Part shown: positions 38,106-48,209 of the stretch, one piece after another
Numbering within the stretch: position 1 is the first letter of the stretch
How the letters are laid out: every line of letters starts with the position of its first letter
The notes under the pieces: model-generated
Databases searched by the model: none
The model's input: the letters and a program-made list of their open reading frames with translations, nothing else
What the model was told of the DNA's origin: nothing
Virus record (IMG/VR): IMGVR_UViG_3300037067_016568
Location: 32,001-96,000 of that record
Origin: a virus
Lineage: Duplodnaviria; Caudoviricetes
Direction: 5' to 3' (one strand)
Length of the DNA stretch: 64,000 nucleotides
Position numbers and translations under genes: made by a program

Positions 38106-40154
38106 ATGTTGCTAGCAATCGAAGGATTTGAAGGTTTCGGAACAACAACAGCCTCAGATATTACTACATATTTAGCGGAAAAATTCAGTGATGTGAGTGC
38201 GGGGCCTTTCTACCTAGATGCAGGGCGATATTTCGGGTTTAGTATCTATTCATCAGATACAGATCAATCGCAAACGATACCTTTCTATACTAATACTGAA
38301 GACCCAACGATTGTCATGGGCTTCAATTTCTTTTGTAATGCTGTGACACCCGTAGCGCTTATAATCTTTTATGCTGGTACTACACCAACTCTCGCATGCA
38401 CTATCAAGTGGAGTACAGTTACAGCTGGAGAGCTATCAATTTATGATTATAATGATACTCTTCTAGGGACTACAAGCGGTGCGGGGCTTGCATTGGGAAC
38501 AAAATGGCACTATGTCGAAGCCAAGGTCATTTGCAATGCTTCTACAGGCAATGTAATTATAAAAGTCGATGAAAAAGTCAAACTGGAATTAGACAATATA
38601 AACACAAGCAATTCATCAAGTGACACAGCTTATTCTAAAGTTAGTGTAGTTGTTGCCAACCAATACAGAATGGACGATTTCTATATTGCTGACGGAACTG
38701 GATTTAATAATGATTTCTTAGGTGAAAAAGCAGTAGTCGGTTGTTTGCCAATAGGCGATACAGACACGATAGAATGGACCCCAAGCACTGGAACAACTCA
38801 CTATGACTTGGTAAATGAGAATCCAGCCGATGGCGACACAACTTATGTGTCTGATTATGGCATAGGATACACCGATCTTTATCAATATTCAATAGACCCA
38901 AACGTAACAGTGATCTCTGGAATACAAATAAACACAATAAGCAAGCAAATTAGTGGGTCAACTGTAGGAGGTATAAAAGGTGTTGTTGGGTTTGAAGGCT
39001 ACGCCGATGACGAAGTAGCACAAATTGTTTCATCATCTTACAGTACTAAAATCAGGATAATAGAGGAAAAATATTTAGCTATACCTTATTGTAAAAAGAT
39101 CACGATCTCACACACGAATGTTGCTGATACTTTAATTGATTTCCCATTATGTGTGAAAATTGAGGGTGATACAGATATTGGTGCGATATGCTTATCATCA
39201 GGTGATGATATTTTCTTCACTGATGCAGATTTCAATGTACTGTATGCAGAATTAAATAGCCCTTTTACAGTCAGCAGTGGTGCAGCCTCAGGTATATTCT
39301 GGGTCAAAATACCTAAAATTCTTTCTACAGCTGATACTATGATTTATTGCTTCTATGGCAACAAGGCGGCGGCGGCTAGAACGGGCATGACATCAGTTTG
39401 GAATGCTGATTTTCAAAATGTGTATCATTTTGGAACGAGCTCATCGCTGATTTTAACAGATTCAACCATCAATGCAAATACAGCTACTTCGACGAGCGTC
39501 ACTGCTACTGATGGCAAATTCGATGGTGGTGCTAATTTTAACGGATCTGCTTATCTCACTATACCAACTGCTTCTTTAATCGGTACGCCTCAATTTACCA
39601 TTTCATATTGGGTGAATATTACAACGCTTGGAGATGGTGGTATATTTTCCAAGGGCAATTGGAATGCCTGGGAAAATGATATGTTGTTTGTTATGGATGG
39701 CAGTTATAATCAGTGGTATCAAATTGACTATGGCGCAGATGGCGGTCCCAACATAGGCACTAACCCATATTCTACGAACACTTGGTATCGCTATTCCGTC
39801 GTATATGATGGCACACAAACAGATGCCGATCCTACTATACAAAACAATAAGCGTGTGAAAATATGGAGGAATGGAATACAACAGACATTAGACTTCGCTG
39901 CTTATAACGCTCCAGCAACAACATCTCCAAGTATGCCGGTTAACGGAAACCTTGGACAGTATATGTGCAATAATGGCTTCAGGCTTCGCGGCAAGTTGGA
40001 TGAAGTGCATATTTCAAATACTGCATATTCTTCTGCATGGGTGGTTTTCGAGTATTGCAATCAAAGTTCTGGCGAAATAACATGGGGCGAACAAACTACT
40101 CCTAAATGGTCCGCAACCTTATTTAATCGAGTCGGCATTGGTATAAAGATATAA
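38106..40154 (+). CDS. GFEG family paralog 5 with inserted DUF2341-like and LamG-like domains
   Basis: GFEG scaffold, then YCKKITI..FWVKIP..YCFYGN..GKLDEVHIS, then scaffold end W....IGIKI. Confidence 0.75.
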   Translation: MLLAIEGFEGFGTTTASDITTYLAEKFSDVSAGPFYLDAGRYFGFSIYSSDTDQSQTIPFYTNTEDPTIVMGFNFFCNAVTPVALIIFYAGTTPTLACTIKWSTVTAGELSIYDYNDTLLGTTSGAGLALGTKWHYVEAKVICNASTGNVIIKVDEKVKLELDNINTSNSSSDTAYSKVSVVVANQYRMDDFYIADGTGFNNDFLGEKAVVGCLPIGDTDTIEWTPSTGTTHYDLVNENPADGDTTYVSDYGIGYTDLYQYSIDPNVTVISGIQINTISKQISGSTVGGIKGVVGFEGYADDEVAQIVSSSYSTKIRIIEEKYLAIPYCKKITISHTNVADTLIDFPLCVKIEGDTDIGAICLSSGDDIFFTDADFNVLYAELNSPFTVSSGAASGIFWVKIPKILSTADTMIYCFYGNKAAAARTGMTSVWNADFQNVYHFGTSSSLILTDSTINANTATSTSVTATDGKFDGGANFNGSAYLTIPTASLIGTPQFTISYWVNITTLGDGGIFSKGNWNAWENDMLFVMDGSYNQWYQIDYGADGGPNIGTNPYSTNTWYRYSVVYDGTQTDADPTIQNNKRVKIWRNGIQQTLDFAAYNAPATTSPSMPVNGNLGQYMCNNGFRLRGKLDEVHISNTAYSSAWVVFEYCNQSSGEITWGEQTTPKWSATLFNRVGIGIKI

Positions 40155-40155
40155 T

Positions 40156-41451
40156 ATGTCACTTAGAGTAACTAGACAACAAATTGAGGTTCTCATCTCG
40201 CCGGGCCTGCGAGTAACAAGGCAGCAAATTGAAGCCCTCGTATCTATGCCGCCAATTGCGACAACGCGGCAGCAGGTTGAAGTATTAACTGCGCCACCAA
40301 CACAGATTTACCGAAACCCATTAATAATAACAGAAGATGATACTATTCAATCGCTACCATTAAATTACATCTTAAACCATGGCGATCCTCCCCCGTGGGA
40401 AGATAATTCTATAAATTGGCCACAAACCAGATCATCATGGGCCGCACGCGCTTGCATTAATGCAGCATGTTGGTATCAAAGAACTGAAATAATAATTAAC
40501 CCTAATATAACGTCAGACGAAAGAAAGTGGTCTGGGAGCGTTCTGGCACCGAACGGTTGCATCTATGGAATACCAAAAGACGCCACAAGCATATTGAAAG
40601 TCGATCCTTCCGACAACATAGCCATGGTATTTGGAAGCCTTTCTTCTGATCAGTACAAATGGCAAGGCGGCGTATTGGCTCCAAATGGTTGTATTTATGG
40701 TTTTCCACAAGATTCAACATCAATACTGAAGATAGATACATCAACAGATACGGTAACAACATTCGGCAACATAGCTGGGACTGATAAATGCCAGAGTGGA
40801 GTCCTAGCCGCCAATGGCATGATTTATAGCGTCCCATATTCGCAAACAGCCATTATAAAGATCGACCCGTCAACTGATACAGTTACGACATTCGGCGACT
40901 TATCAGGGACCGAGAAATGGATGGGCGGTGTCCTGGCTCCGAATGGTTACATTTATGGGATACCATATGATTCTACAGAAGTTCTGAAAATCGATCCAAC
41001 GACAGATACGGTAACAACATTCGGTAGTCTGTCTGGCGGCGATAAATGGCAGGGTGGAGTCCTAGCACTTAATGGCATGATTTATGGAATTCCTTTTACT
41101 GGCAGATATGTTCTTAAAATAGATCCTACAACTGATACAGCTACAACTCTATCAACAGATCTTACTACAGATGGCGGCAAATGGACCGGAGGAGTACTAG
41201 CACCAAACGGCATGATTTATGGAATACCATTTTTAAGTACATCTGTTTTACAAATAGATCCAACAACCGACAGGGCGACTACGTTTGGCAGCGTTGGATC
41301 TGGTTCAAACAAATGGGTTGGTGGCGTTGTCGCGCCAAACGGCCAAATTTATTGCCTGCCAGCATTTAGCGACAGCATACTAATCATAGGCGCTCAAGCT
41401 GTTGATATCCCAATTGATTTGTTGTTATCAAGGCACTTCAACAAATATTAA
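40156..41451 (+). CDS. Beta-propeller repeat protein 3
   Basis: VTRQQ repeats then 43-aa propeller repeats; ends LSRHFNKY like its paralogs. Confidence 0.75.
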   Translation: MSLRVTRQQIEVLISPGLRVTRQQIEALVSMPPIATTRQQVEVLTAPPTQIYRNPLIITEDDTIQSLPLNYILNHGDPPPWEDNSINWPQTRSSWAARACINAACWYQRTEIIINPNITSDERKWSGSVLAPNGCIYGIPKDATSILKVDPSDNIAMVFGSLSSDQYKWQGGVLAPNGCIYGFPQDSTSILKIDTSTDTVTTFGNIAGTDKCQSGVLAANGMIYSVPYSQTAIIKIDPSTDTVTTFGDLSGTEKWMGGVLAPNGYIYGIPYDSTEVLKIDPTTDTVTTFGSLSGGDKWQGGVLALNGMIYGIPFTGRYVLKIDPTTDTATTLSTDLTTDGGKWTGGVLAPNGMIYGIPFLSTSVLQIDPTTDRATTFGSVGSGSNKWVGGVVAPNGQIYCLPAFSDSILIIGAQAVDIPIDLLLSRHFNKY

Positions 41452-41480
41452 ATAGAGATACATTTGAAGGTAGGACTAGG

Positions 41481-41714
41481 ATGATACCACTAGACGTTTT
41501 ACAAAACAATCTGATACTGATATCCCATCACGCTGGTGACGCTCTCCAAGCATTGGAAGACGGAGATGATACTGTCGTCGAAGCAAGCCTAACAGACATA
41601 CAAGAGACAGTTGATGAGCTAAAGGCTTACCTGCCAAAAGATTTATCAAGAGAAATAGAGGCTAAGGAGATGGGCATGGATTCTCTGGTAGAAGAAATCG
41701 CCAGAGATATGTAA
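41481..41714 (+). CDS. Small acidic hypothetical protein
   Basis: Co-oriented ORF with AGGA upstream. Confidence 0.6.
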   Translation: MIPLDVLQNNLILISHHAGDALQALEDGDDTVVEASLTDIQETVDELKAYLPKDLSREIEAKEMGMDSLVEEIARDM

Positions 41715-41741
41715 ATACACATGGATGTATTTGAGTAGGTA

Positions 41742-41801
41742 CCATTCTCAGTTGTCCTGAGAATGGAGAGTAGTAGTAGTCGTAGTAGTCGTAGTAGTAG
41801 G
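41742..41801 (+). promoter_or_regulatory. 10-bp hairpin followed by (GTA/GTC)n microsatellite upstream of an RBS
   Basis: ccattctcag-ttgtc-ctgagaatgg, then gtagtagtagtcgtagtagtcgtagtagtag, then GGAGGT. Confidence 0.5.
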
Positions 41802-41810
41802 AGGTGACTC

Positions 41811-42689
41811 ATGTCACTAGATTCAAAGCTCACAGGTGCTCGTGCCATTCTAGAGGCACACAATTCTCAAAGCACCAAACCCGTGGACATCGATGAGTTC
41901 TTGAAGAATCTCACCGATATGGGCGGCTCCAGTGAAGAAGCACTGGAGGAAGCAACTTGGGAAGACTTAGAGAACTGCGGTGCTCCAAGGATTCTAGCAC
42001 GAAAAATCGCCACTTTATTCCGTGGTGGTAATCAGCCTGCCGCTGGACCAGTCCAGAAGGTAATTGTGGAAGAAACCGATCCAGAGAAGCTGGCGAAAGC
42101 CATGACATTGGCACAGCTGATCGATGCCTACAATCCCAAACAACCGAAATCAGCTGTTGCTGAAAGGTTGGCATTCTTCTCAGAAGGGAAGAAGTTCATC
42201 ATTTTCAACGATGATGGAACAGTCAATAAAGAAATCACGCTCAAGCTATTGGAAGAGCTTGATGATCATGGCGAAATGCCAACTTACGTAGCTCCGGATG
42301 GTAGCGTCAAGCCGACATACTCTGTTGGTGAAAAGCCAAGCCAAGCCGCTCACGAGCATCCTCTTTATCCAGATACTCCGTTGCGTGGCGGGGCATCAAG
42401 TGCAGGGTGCGAGTGGGGCACAATCGATTTACAGATTCAGCAAACTCTCTATTTAGCAGTCACTGAAACCAATGAAATCGATATGAGAGCGGTAAGTGAG
42501 TGGGATATATTCGACATAGCTGTTGGCGGCATCGCCAAAGTCAATCGCCGATTTATTCAAGCCGCTAAGCTCTACAATGAGCGCAAAGCACTTGGTAACT
42601 TACCGAGTTTGCGTGTAAAACTCGGCAAATCAAAAACCGGGAGTAAAGGAAACAATCCCTTTAATCTCGGCCAGAATCGTTCCACTTAA
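41811..42689 (+). CDS. Hypothetical protein
   Basis: GGAGGT RBS; 292 aa. Confidence 0.8.
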   Translation: MSLDSKLTGARAILEAHNSQSTKPVDIDEFLKNLTDMGGSSEEALEEATWEDLENCGAPRILARKIATLFRGGNQPAAGPVQKVIVEETDPEKLAKAMTLAQLIDAYNPKQPKSAVAERLAFFSEGKKFIIFNDDGTVNKEITLKLLEELDDHGEMPTYVAPDGSVKPTYSVGEKPSQAAHEHPLYPDTPLRGGASSAGCEWGTIDLQIQQTLYLAVTETNEIDMRAVSEWDIFDIAVGGIAKVNRRFIQAAKLYNERKALGNLPSLRVKLGKSKTGSKGNNPFNLGQNRST

Positions 42690-42700
42690 CCCGTCAACCG

Positions 42701-42739
42701 GCACAGCATGCCCTAATATGGGCATGCTGTGCTCTTATT
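42701..42739 (+). terminator. 13-bp perfect hairpin (terminator or processing site)
   Basis: gcacagcatgccc-taatat-gggcatgctgtgc followed by tcttatt. Confidence 0.55.
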
Positions 42740-42749
42740 GGAGATCATC

Positions 42750-43868
42750 ATGAGTCACACGATGGAAGTTAATGGCTTATATGCCAGAATAAACACACCA
42801 GAGGCATTGAGCGGGGACTGCCTTCATAAGTTGCCACCGCATTGCCTACGCCCAACCTATGCTGTTGATGAATACCCAGCTTGCCCAGCTAACTGGATGC
42901 ACGGCTCCAGCAAAGCGAGCAGCTACTTTGTGCCAGTTCAAGTTGGCCGTGGTATGTGGTTCGATTTTACAATGAATGCCGGAAACAGATATGATATTGC
43001 TGTTGTCATATCTGTTCAAGGAGTTAATCCCGTCACTGGTAAAAAAGTAACTGAATTAAATCTCGAACAATATCGAGATAACTGCCCGATTCACAACAAG
43101 CCCTTTCAACAAGACCGTTATTGCGAAGAATGTGGTTATAAGTGGCCTGGGCAGAATTACCTAGCCACAACAACCGGCTATACATTGTGGATTGATGGCT
43201 TCCGGAACGAAAAAGGCGAAGTCCGCCAATATATCATCACTGAAGATATTGCGCGTGGCATTGCCGCCCAAGTGGTAGGAAAAGACCGCGTTTGGGCTAT
43301 TGGCTTTGCGTTCTATCTGAGCAAAGAGCCCAGACCCAAAATCGTTCATACATCTGAAATCCACACATCTGGATTTAGCTCTGTGATGGATTTCGGCGGC
43401 TATGAGTCTTTGAAGGCTGATAGTTCTTTTGATGATGAATATGGTGCCAGCGCTGATATGTTGATGGACGATGGTCTTCATGGAGCACAAGGGCCATGTG
43501 GACCAGTAGGGCCATGCGGGGCAGAAGACAAAGGGACATATGCTTCTCTTATGAATATGTCTACTGTTAAATGCTCTACAAGCATGTCTTCGTCACGATC
43601 TATGAGTAAGGTTTTAAGGTCGGCTCCTGTCAGCGGGCAAAAAGTTAAACCTGCTGTTCAGAAAAAAGTTCTTGAAATAGGAGCAGGCTCCAGAATAGAT
43701 CAAGAAATCGGTGCAGACCCAAATCCAATCGATTATTGGCAGGCAGAACCGGCTGGAATGATCTACGTGAATTACGTTGATGAACAAACGGCGAATGACA
43801 TCATCAACGCCGGACGCAGAGAAGACAAAGAAGATGGTGCTCTACACGGGCTAAAAGTCGGCAATTAG
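42750..43868 (+). CDS. Conserved hypothetical protein
   Basis: MWFDF..GVNPVTG..QNY..WIDGF..VRQY..GAGSRIDQEI..DP pattern; GGAG RBS. Confidence 0.75.
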   Translation: MSHTMEVNGLYARINTPEALSGDCLHKLPPHCLRPTYAVDEYPACPANWMHGSSKASSYFVPVQVGRGMWFDFTMNAGNRYDIAVVISVQGVNPVTGKKVTELNLEQYRDNCPIHNKPFQQDRYCEECGYKWPGQNYLATTTGYTLWIDGFRNEKGEVRQYIITEDIARGIAAQVVGKDRVWAIGFAFYLSKEPRPKIVHTSEIHTSGFSSVMDFGGYESLKADSSFDDEYGASADMLMDDGLHGAQGPCGPVGPCGAEDKGTYASLMNMSTVKCSTSMSSSRSMSKVLRSAPVSGQKVKPAVQKKVLEIGAGSRIDQEIGADPNPIDYWQAEPAGMIYVNYVDEQTANDIINAGRREDKEDGALHGLKVGN

Positions 43869-46312
43869 CCGTAAATAGCCCTGCCGGGTAATACATCTTC
43901 TATAATCATTCGGCACAACATTCGGTCGAATTCCATGAATATCTTGGATTCGACCGAATCACTACCACAACTCTCTGTTACCTGCTCCCACAATCGATGG
44001 GCTGCGGCTTTGAATTTGAGGGTGGCTTCTTTGCGTTGTTTGCAGATGTAGGCATTCGAGACGGACGGTATAGGATTTCCTTCATCATCCGTTGTTTCAA
44101 ATATGTCATTCCACAAATAAACATTCGATTGTCTGCCTGCCTTTGCGTCAGCTAAAGGCGGATATCCAGCCTCGGCCCAACGTGATTTACCACCTTGCGC
44201 ATCGATCTCCGGATCGTCGGGCGTACCTCGTTCTGGATAATCACTGATACCATAGAGTCGCAGTAGCATTCGATACTGATGCATTGGCACTGAGTTAGAT
44301 GATGGCTTAAGCTTGATGTCCTGCTTGGCGATCTTTTGCAACATTCTGATTTCTTTGCGAATGTCGCCGAACTTGCCATCTGTCTGTATGGTACCAGCAA
44401 TCGCTTCAAGAAGTTCATTAATTTCTTCTCGCCACTCACCTAAGCTAGAATCAACGTCTCTCTCAATATCGGCAAAGTCTCTTCTAGCCTTTGTAGTGTC
44501 TAAACCTTGCGATTCAGCAGAGACATAATCATCAACTGCCGTAGCAAGTGCATCAAGAAGTTTGCTGGCCTCTGCTGCATTCTCTCTCTTTTCCTTGGAC
44601 GGATCGAAGTTCGGTGAAACTTGCTCGATTGCCATTCTCAGCACTTCACGAACTTCAGGCGACTGCAATTTTGCGATATCGTCATCTGGTCGCGTAATTC
44701 CTTGACGCTCATACTCCTTACCTGTCTTTTTGCTGCGTACAGTCAGGCCAGTCTTAGATGTTCCTCTCACATTTACCTCTTCTCTGATTCTCAATACCTC
44801 TTGTTGTGCGTAGCTCATCAAGATAAACTGCAATAAAGCATAAGGATCGGCTGATTCCAACGCTTTCTCAAGTCTGGCCCTCATTTCTTTGAGGCCGACA
44901 AACCCAGGCGACTCTGGTAGGTCTTCTTGTGGTTGCTCATAGGCAACATTGTGCATCTTTCCACTTAGTTTGCCGGTATGCTCTTTCCACAATGTTTGAG
45001 CTTCATCAATATATTTCTTGGCATTAATAGCCAAATGAGGGTCACTCTTCGCCTTCTCGGCTAATGTTCGTTGATTTCTAAGGAACTTTTCAGCATCCTT
45101 AAACGCCTTCAAAGTACCATACTCCCTGGGTTTCTTTCCGACCGCCCCTTGTGTAGTCAAACCAGGACTCAGGCGATCCTTTTCTTCTTGCCCTATCCTA
45201 TCGAATATCTTATCCGCATTAACTTGTTCTTGTCGTATTTCTCCCACGTCCCCTGTTTTTATAGCACGAATGATATTGTCCCTTAGTTCGAACAACTCAG
45301 GAGGAAAATCGCCAAATGGATGTAATGGTCCCGGTGGCGCTTTGACACGCCCGTCACCAGCTACACGAAGAAGATCCTTAATATCGTCGTCACTAGTTCC
45401 ATAAGGAATCTTACCACACTTACTACATCTCTCCTTAATCTTTACCGGCTCTCCGTTCTTGTCCCTTACTATTTTGTCTTTTTCATCTCTGACTACCACA
45501 TCAACAAATCCAGTACCCTTACAACGAGGACATATGTTAATGACGTCGAATGCTTTTTCGACAGCTTTGGCGTCATCGTCTAATGGCCTGCCACTTCCAG
45601 CATCTCTTAATGCCTTGTTTATGACAGATTGGACACTTCTTTTGAGTCCTCTGACTCTACGATATTCGTCACCATAGCCAGCTGGTGCTCCTGCCTTCAT
45701 AGCCTGCTCTATGGCATGTCCTACGAACCCGGTAAATCTAACATTAGGTCTTGCCTCATCCTTTGGAAGCATCTGTAGTATAGCTATGGCTCCCTGCTGG
45801 ATAGAATTATCGACATCAGATTCGTCATACTTACCATGAGTTGCCTTGGCAGCTCTCACCACTGGCTGTTTGGTGGCTATGCGATGAAGCCCGCCGCGCT
45901 CATCTTTATCTATGCTCTTGTGCATCATCGCCAACAATACTTCGCCGGGTGCCCATGGTCTGATGCCATCATGCTCCTTGCTATAAGGATTTACTCCGTT
46001 GAATGATATCTCATCAGCTTCTTTTGTTGAAGAAGTAATACCTTTTTTACCTGTGTCTTTTGGGCCATACGGAACATTATTCTTGTAGTACATCGGCGGT
46101 ATATAATCATTCCCTTTTACATATTCCTCCCATCCAACACAAGGACCCCTACAGTTCCTCAGAGCCGACATTTTGTCGGCTTGATTGGACATATCAACAA
46201 CTGTAGGATCGTAGACATATTTCGGATCATTAGGGTATGATATCCGTGTTCTTCTCTTCTTTTTCTTTTTAGCCTCGTTGAGGGCTATATTTATTCGTTT
46301 TAAGATATCCAT
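43865..46312 (-). CDS. Divergent sigma-70-like protein with large insertions and a CxxCxGxG zinc finger
   Basis: Region 2-like DVDNSIQQGAIAILQML..VRFTGFVGHAIEQAM; region 4-like QYRMLLRLYGI..VSNAYICKQRKEATLKFK; CPRCKGTG/CSKCG. Confidence 0.5.
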   Translation of the reverse strand: MDILKRINIALNEAKKKKKRRTRISYPNDPKYVYDPTVVDMSNQADKMSALRNCRGPCVGWEEYVKGNDYIPPMYYKNNVPYGPKDTGKKGITSSTKEADEISFNGVNPYSKEHDGIRPWAPGEVLLAMMHKSIDKDERGGLHRIATKQPVVRAAKATHGKYDESDVDNSIQQGAIAILQMLPKDEARPNVRFTGFVGHAIEQAMKAGAPAGYGDEYRRVRGLKRSVQSVINKALRDAGSGRPLDDDAKAVEKAFDVINICPRCKGTGFVDVVVRDEKDKIVRDKNGEPVKIKERCSKCGKIPYGTSDDDIKDLLRVAGDGRVKAPPGPLHPFGDFPPELFELRDNIIRAIKTGDVGEIRQEQVNADKIFDRIGQEEKDRLSPGLTTQGAVGKKPREYGTLKAFKDAEKFLRNQRTLAEKAKSDPHLAINAKKYIDEAQTLWKEHTGKLSGKMHNVAYEQPQEDLPESPGFVGLKEMRARLEKALESADPYALLQFILMSYAQQEVLRIREEVNVRGTSKTGLTVRSKKTGKEYERQGITRPDDDIAKLQSPEVREVLRMAIEQVSPNFDPSKEKRENAAEASKLLDALATAVDDYVSAESQGLDTTKARRDFADIERDVDSSLGEWREEINELLEAIAGTIQTDGKFGDIRKEIRMLQKIAKQDIKLKPSSNSVPMHQYRMLLRLYGISDYPERGTPDDPEIDAQGGKSRWAEAGYPPLADAKAGRQSNVYLWNDIFETTDDEGNPIPSVSNAYICKQRKEATLKFKAAAHRLWEQVTESCGSDSVESKIFMEFDRMLCRMIIEDVLPGRAIYG

Positions 46313-46426
46313 AGGTTACTCCCACAGTCTGCGAAGTGTTACCTTAATATATTTGGCTACTGCCTGGGTGAAATTACTACAAGTATCTTATAGTACATCA
46401 GCACTCAACCACGATGAAATACTATA

Positions 46427-47338
46427 ATGTTTGTAGAATCGCACCGCCATCTGTCTGGCTCTATCTTACCTACCACAGTCTGGAAAATCATCCAGAAGTT
46501 CGAATTATTTGATATCGCTACTTCTATAGATGATGTATATGAGCAGCTATGCATCTTGCCTGAAAATGCTGACTTTCAGGATTTCTGCAGCAAACTCGAC
46601 ATCTTAAAGAAATTGCCTTGGGATGATTGGGTATTAGAATTAGTTGCTAGCCAAGTATGCACAGACTTAAATATGACAAATATAAGACATTCTACACTTA
46701 GTTTATCATTAAACAAATTCGCGGAAAACGGAGATTTGGTCACTGCTGGCGAACGAGTCTTTGATATTATAGATAAGGCCGCCGAGAACGCTGGAGTAAC
46801 AGTCAATTATTTAGTGTCCATAAGTTATAGCTGGCCGCTTGAGTTACAAATAGAAACTCTCAAACTGATTGAACCTCTAGGGCATCGAGCAGTCGGTATC
46901 GATTTTGTCAACGATGAAACTGTAGCACAATGGGCTATTTACCCAAAACTGATCAAGCCATGGCTGGAACGTGGCAAAGTAGTACGTGCTCATGTTGGAG
47001 AGAGACTTGGGACCAGTGCGAATATCGATGCTGCTATCGATATGGGCGTTTCAAGAATAGCTCATGGAATTTATGCAACTCCAGAACAGCAAGATAAGGC
47101 TATTGAATATGGCATTGTCTTTGATATGTCGCTACACAGTAATATTTATACAAATGCAATACCAAAAGAGCAACACCCAATTAAGGACATGCAATCTAGA
47201 GGATGTCTAATAACGCTCGGCACAGACGATCCAACACAGTTTAGATGCACGATGCAAGATGAATATAATATGGCTGGTATGTTGGGTGCCGATGCAGTAG
47301 CACTACAACAAACGGCCAATACGCTAAAGATAACATGA
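46427..47338 (+). CDS. add: Adenosine/AMP deaminase family protein
   Basis: HRHLSGS, HVGE, RIAHG, SN, GTDDP. Confidence 0.85.
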   Translation: MFVESHRHLSGSILPTTVWKIIQKFELFDIATSIDDVYEQLCILPENADFQDFCSKLDILKKLPWDDWVLELVASQVCTDLNMTNIRHSTLSLSLNKFAENGDLVTAGERVFDIIDKAAENAGVTVNYLVSISYSWPLELQIETLKLIEPLGHRAVGIDFVNDETVAQWAIYPKLIKPWLERGKVVRAHVGERLGTSANIDAAIDMGVSRIAHGIYATPEQQDKAIEYGIVFDMSLHSNIYTNAIPKEQHPIKDMQSRGCLITLGTDDPTQFRCTMQDEYNMAGMLGADAVALQQTANTLKIT

Positions 47339-47350
47339 AAGGAGTTTGTC

Positions 47351-47542
47351 ATGAAGCTCAGAGATCTAGTGCAACAACTGGGTTTATATAACCAAGACGC
47401 TGATATAGCTGTTGTCGTTCATAATAGACGCGAAGATTTCTCCATTTCATTCGGAGATAGCGAAGGCGTCACAAAAGAGACATGTAAAACAGTTGGTTTC
47501 TATGTCGATGCGCTGAATGGGCAGGAGTTTAAGAAAGGGTAA
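47351..47542 (+). CDS. Small hypothetical protein
   Basis: AAGGAG RBS. Confidence 0.65.
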   Translation: MKLRDLVQQLGLYNQDADIAVVVHNRREDFSISFGDSEGVTKETCKTVGFYVDALNGQEFKKG

Positions 47543-47545
47543 TAA

Positions 47546-47812
47546 ATGCTGGTAGTCCATTGCAAAAAATCACCATATACAGTGTATTGCGGACGCCCGT
47601 CACCACTAGGAAACCCTTTTCCTATAGGACCAGGTTGCACAAGAGAAGAATCAATCGCTAAGTTTGAAGAATATGCAAGAAACAATCCAGAAGTCTTGGA
47701 ATGGATAAAAGTGCTCCCAGAAGATGCAGTTTTGGCGTGTTGGTGTGCACCAAAACCATGTCACTGTGATGTCATCATTAAATTATGGAAAGAGCTTAAT
47801 GACGTCGCTTAG
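47546..47812 (+). CDS. DUF4326-family protein
   Basis: VYCGRPSPLGNPF..LACWCAPKPCHCDV. Confidence 0.85.
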   Translation: MLVVHCKKSPYTVYCGRPSPLGNPFPIGPGCTREESIAKFEEYARNNPEVLEWIKVLPEDAVLACWCAPKPCHCDVIIKLWKELNDVA

Positions 47813-48209
47813 TGCGCTCAATCAAATCGAGTACGTTTGGATATAATTTTAGGGATTTCATCTCTTTCACAGTAAAGAAACCCAACGAAGCAAATTCGTG
47901 GTTTGGCTTTAGTGTCTTAAGGTCAGTAGAATTTGTTCTACACGGAACAAAAGCCACGAACCCCTTTCTTTTGTCTTTGATTGGGCCTGATACAGCTTTA
48001 CATTTCACGCCAGTTTCTTCTCTGGCTTCCCTGGCAGCAGCCTTCTCTGGTGTCTCACCGGGTTTGATACCACCACCCGGAAAACACCATTTGCCGGACC
48101 TATCGTCTTCCGATTTAGATAGCCCCAACAGCCATTTATCACGACATCTTACAATGCCGACAGCAGCAGTGAAGTCGTTGCCCTCTACCAATAACTGTAA
48201 TCGCATCAC
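47796..48209 (-). CDS. NUDIX hydrolase
   Basis: Nudix box GGGIKPGETPEKAAAREAREETG. Confidence 0.92.
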   Translation of the reverse strand: MMRLQLLVEGNDFTAAVGIVRCRDKWLLGLSKSEDDRSGKWCFPGGGIKPGETPEKAAAREAREETGVKCKAVSGPIKDKRKGFVAFVPCRTNSTDLKTLKPNHEFASLGFFTVKEMKSLKLYPNVLDLIERTKRRH

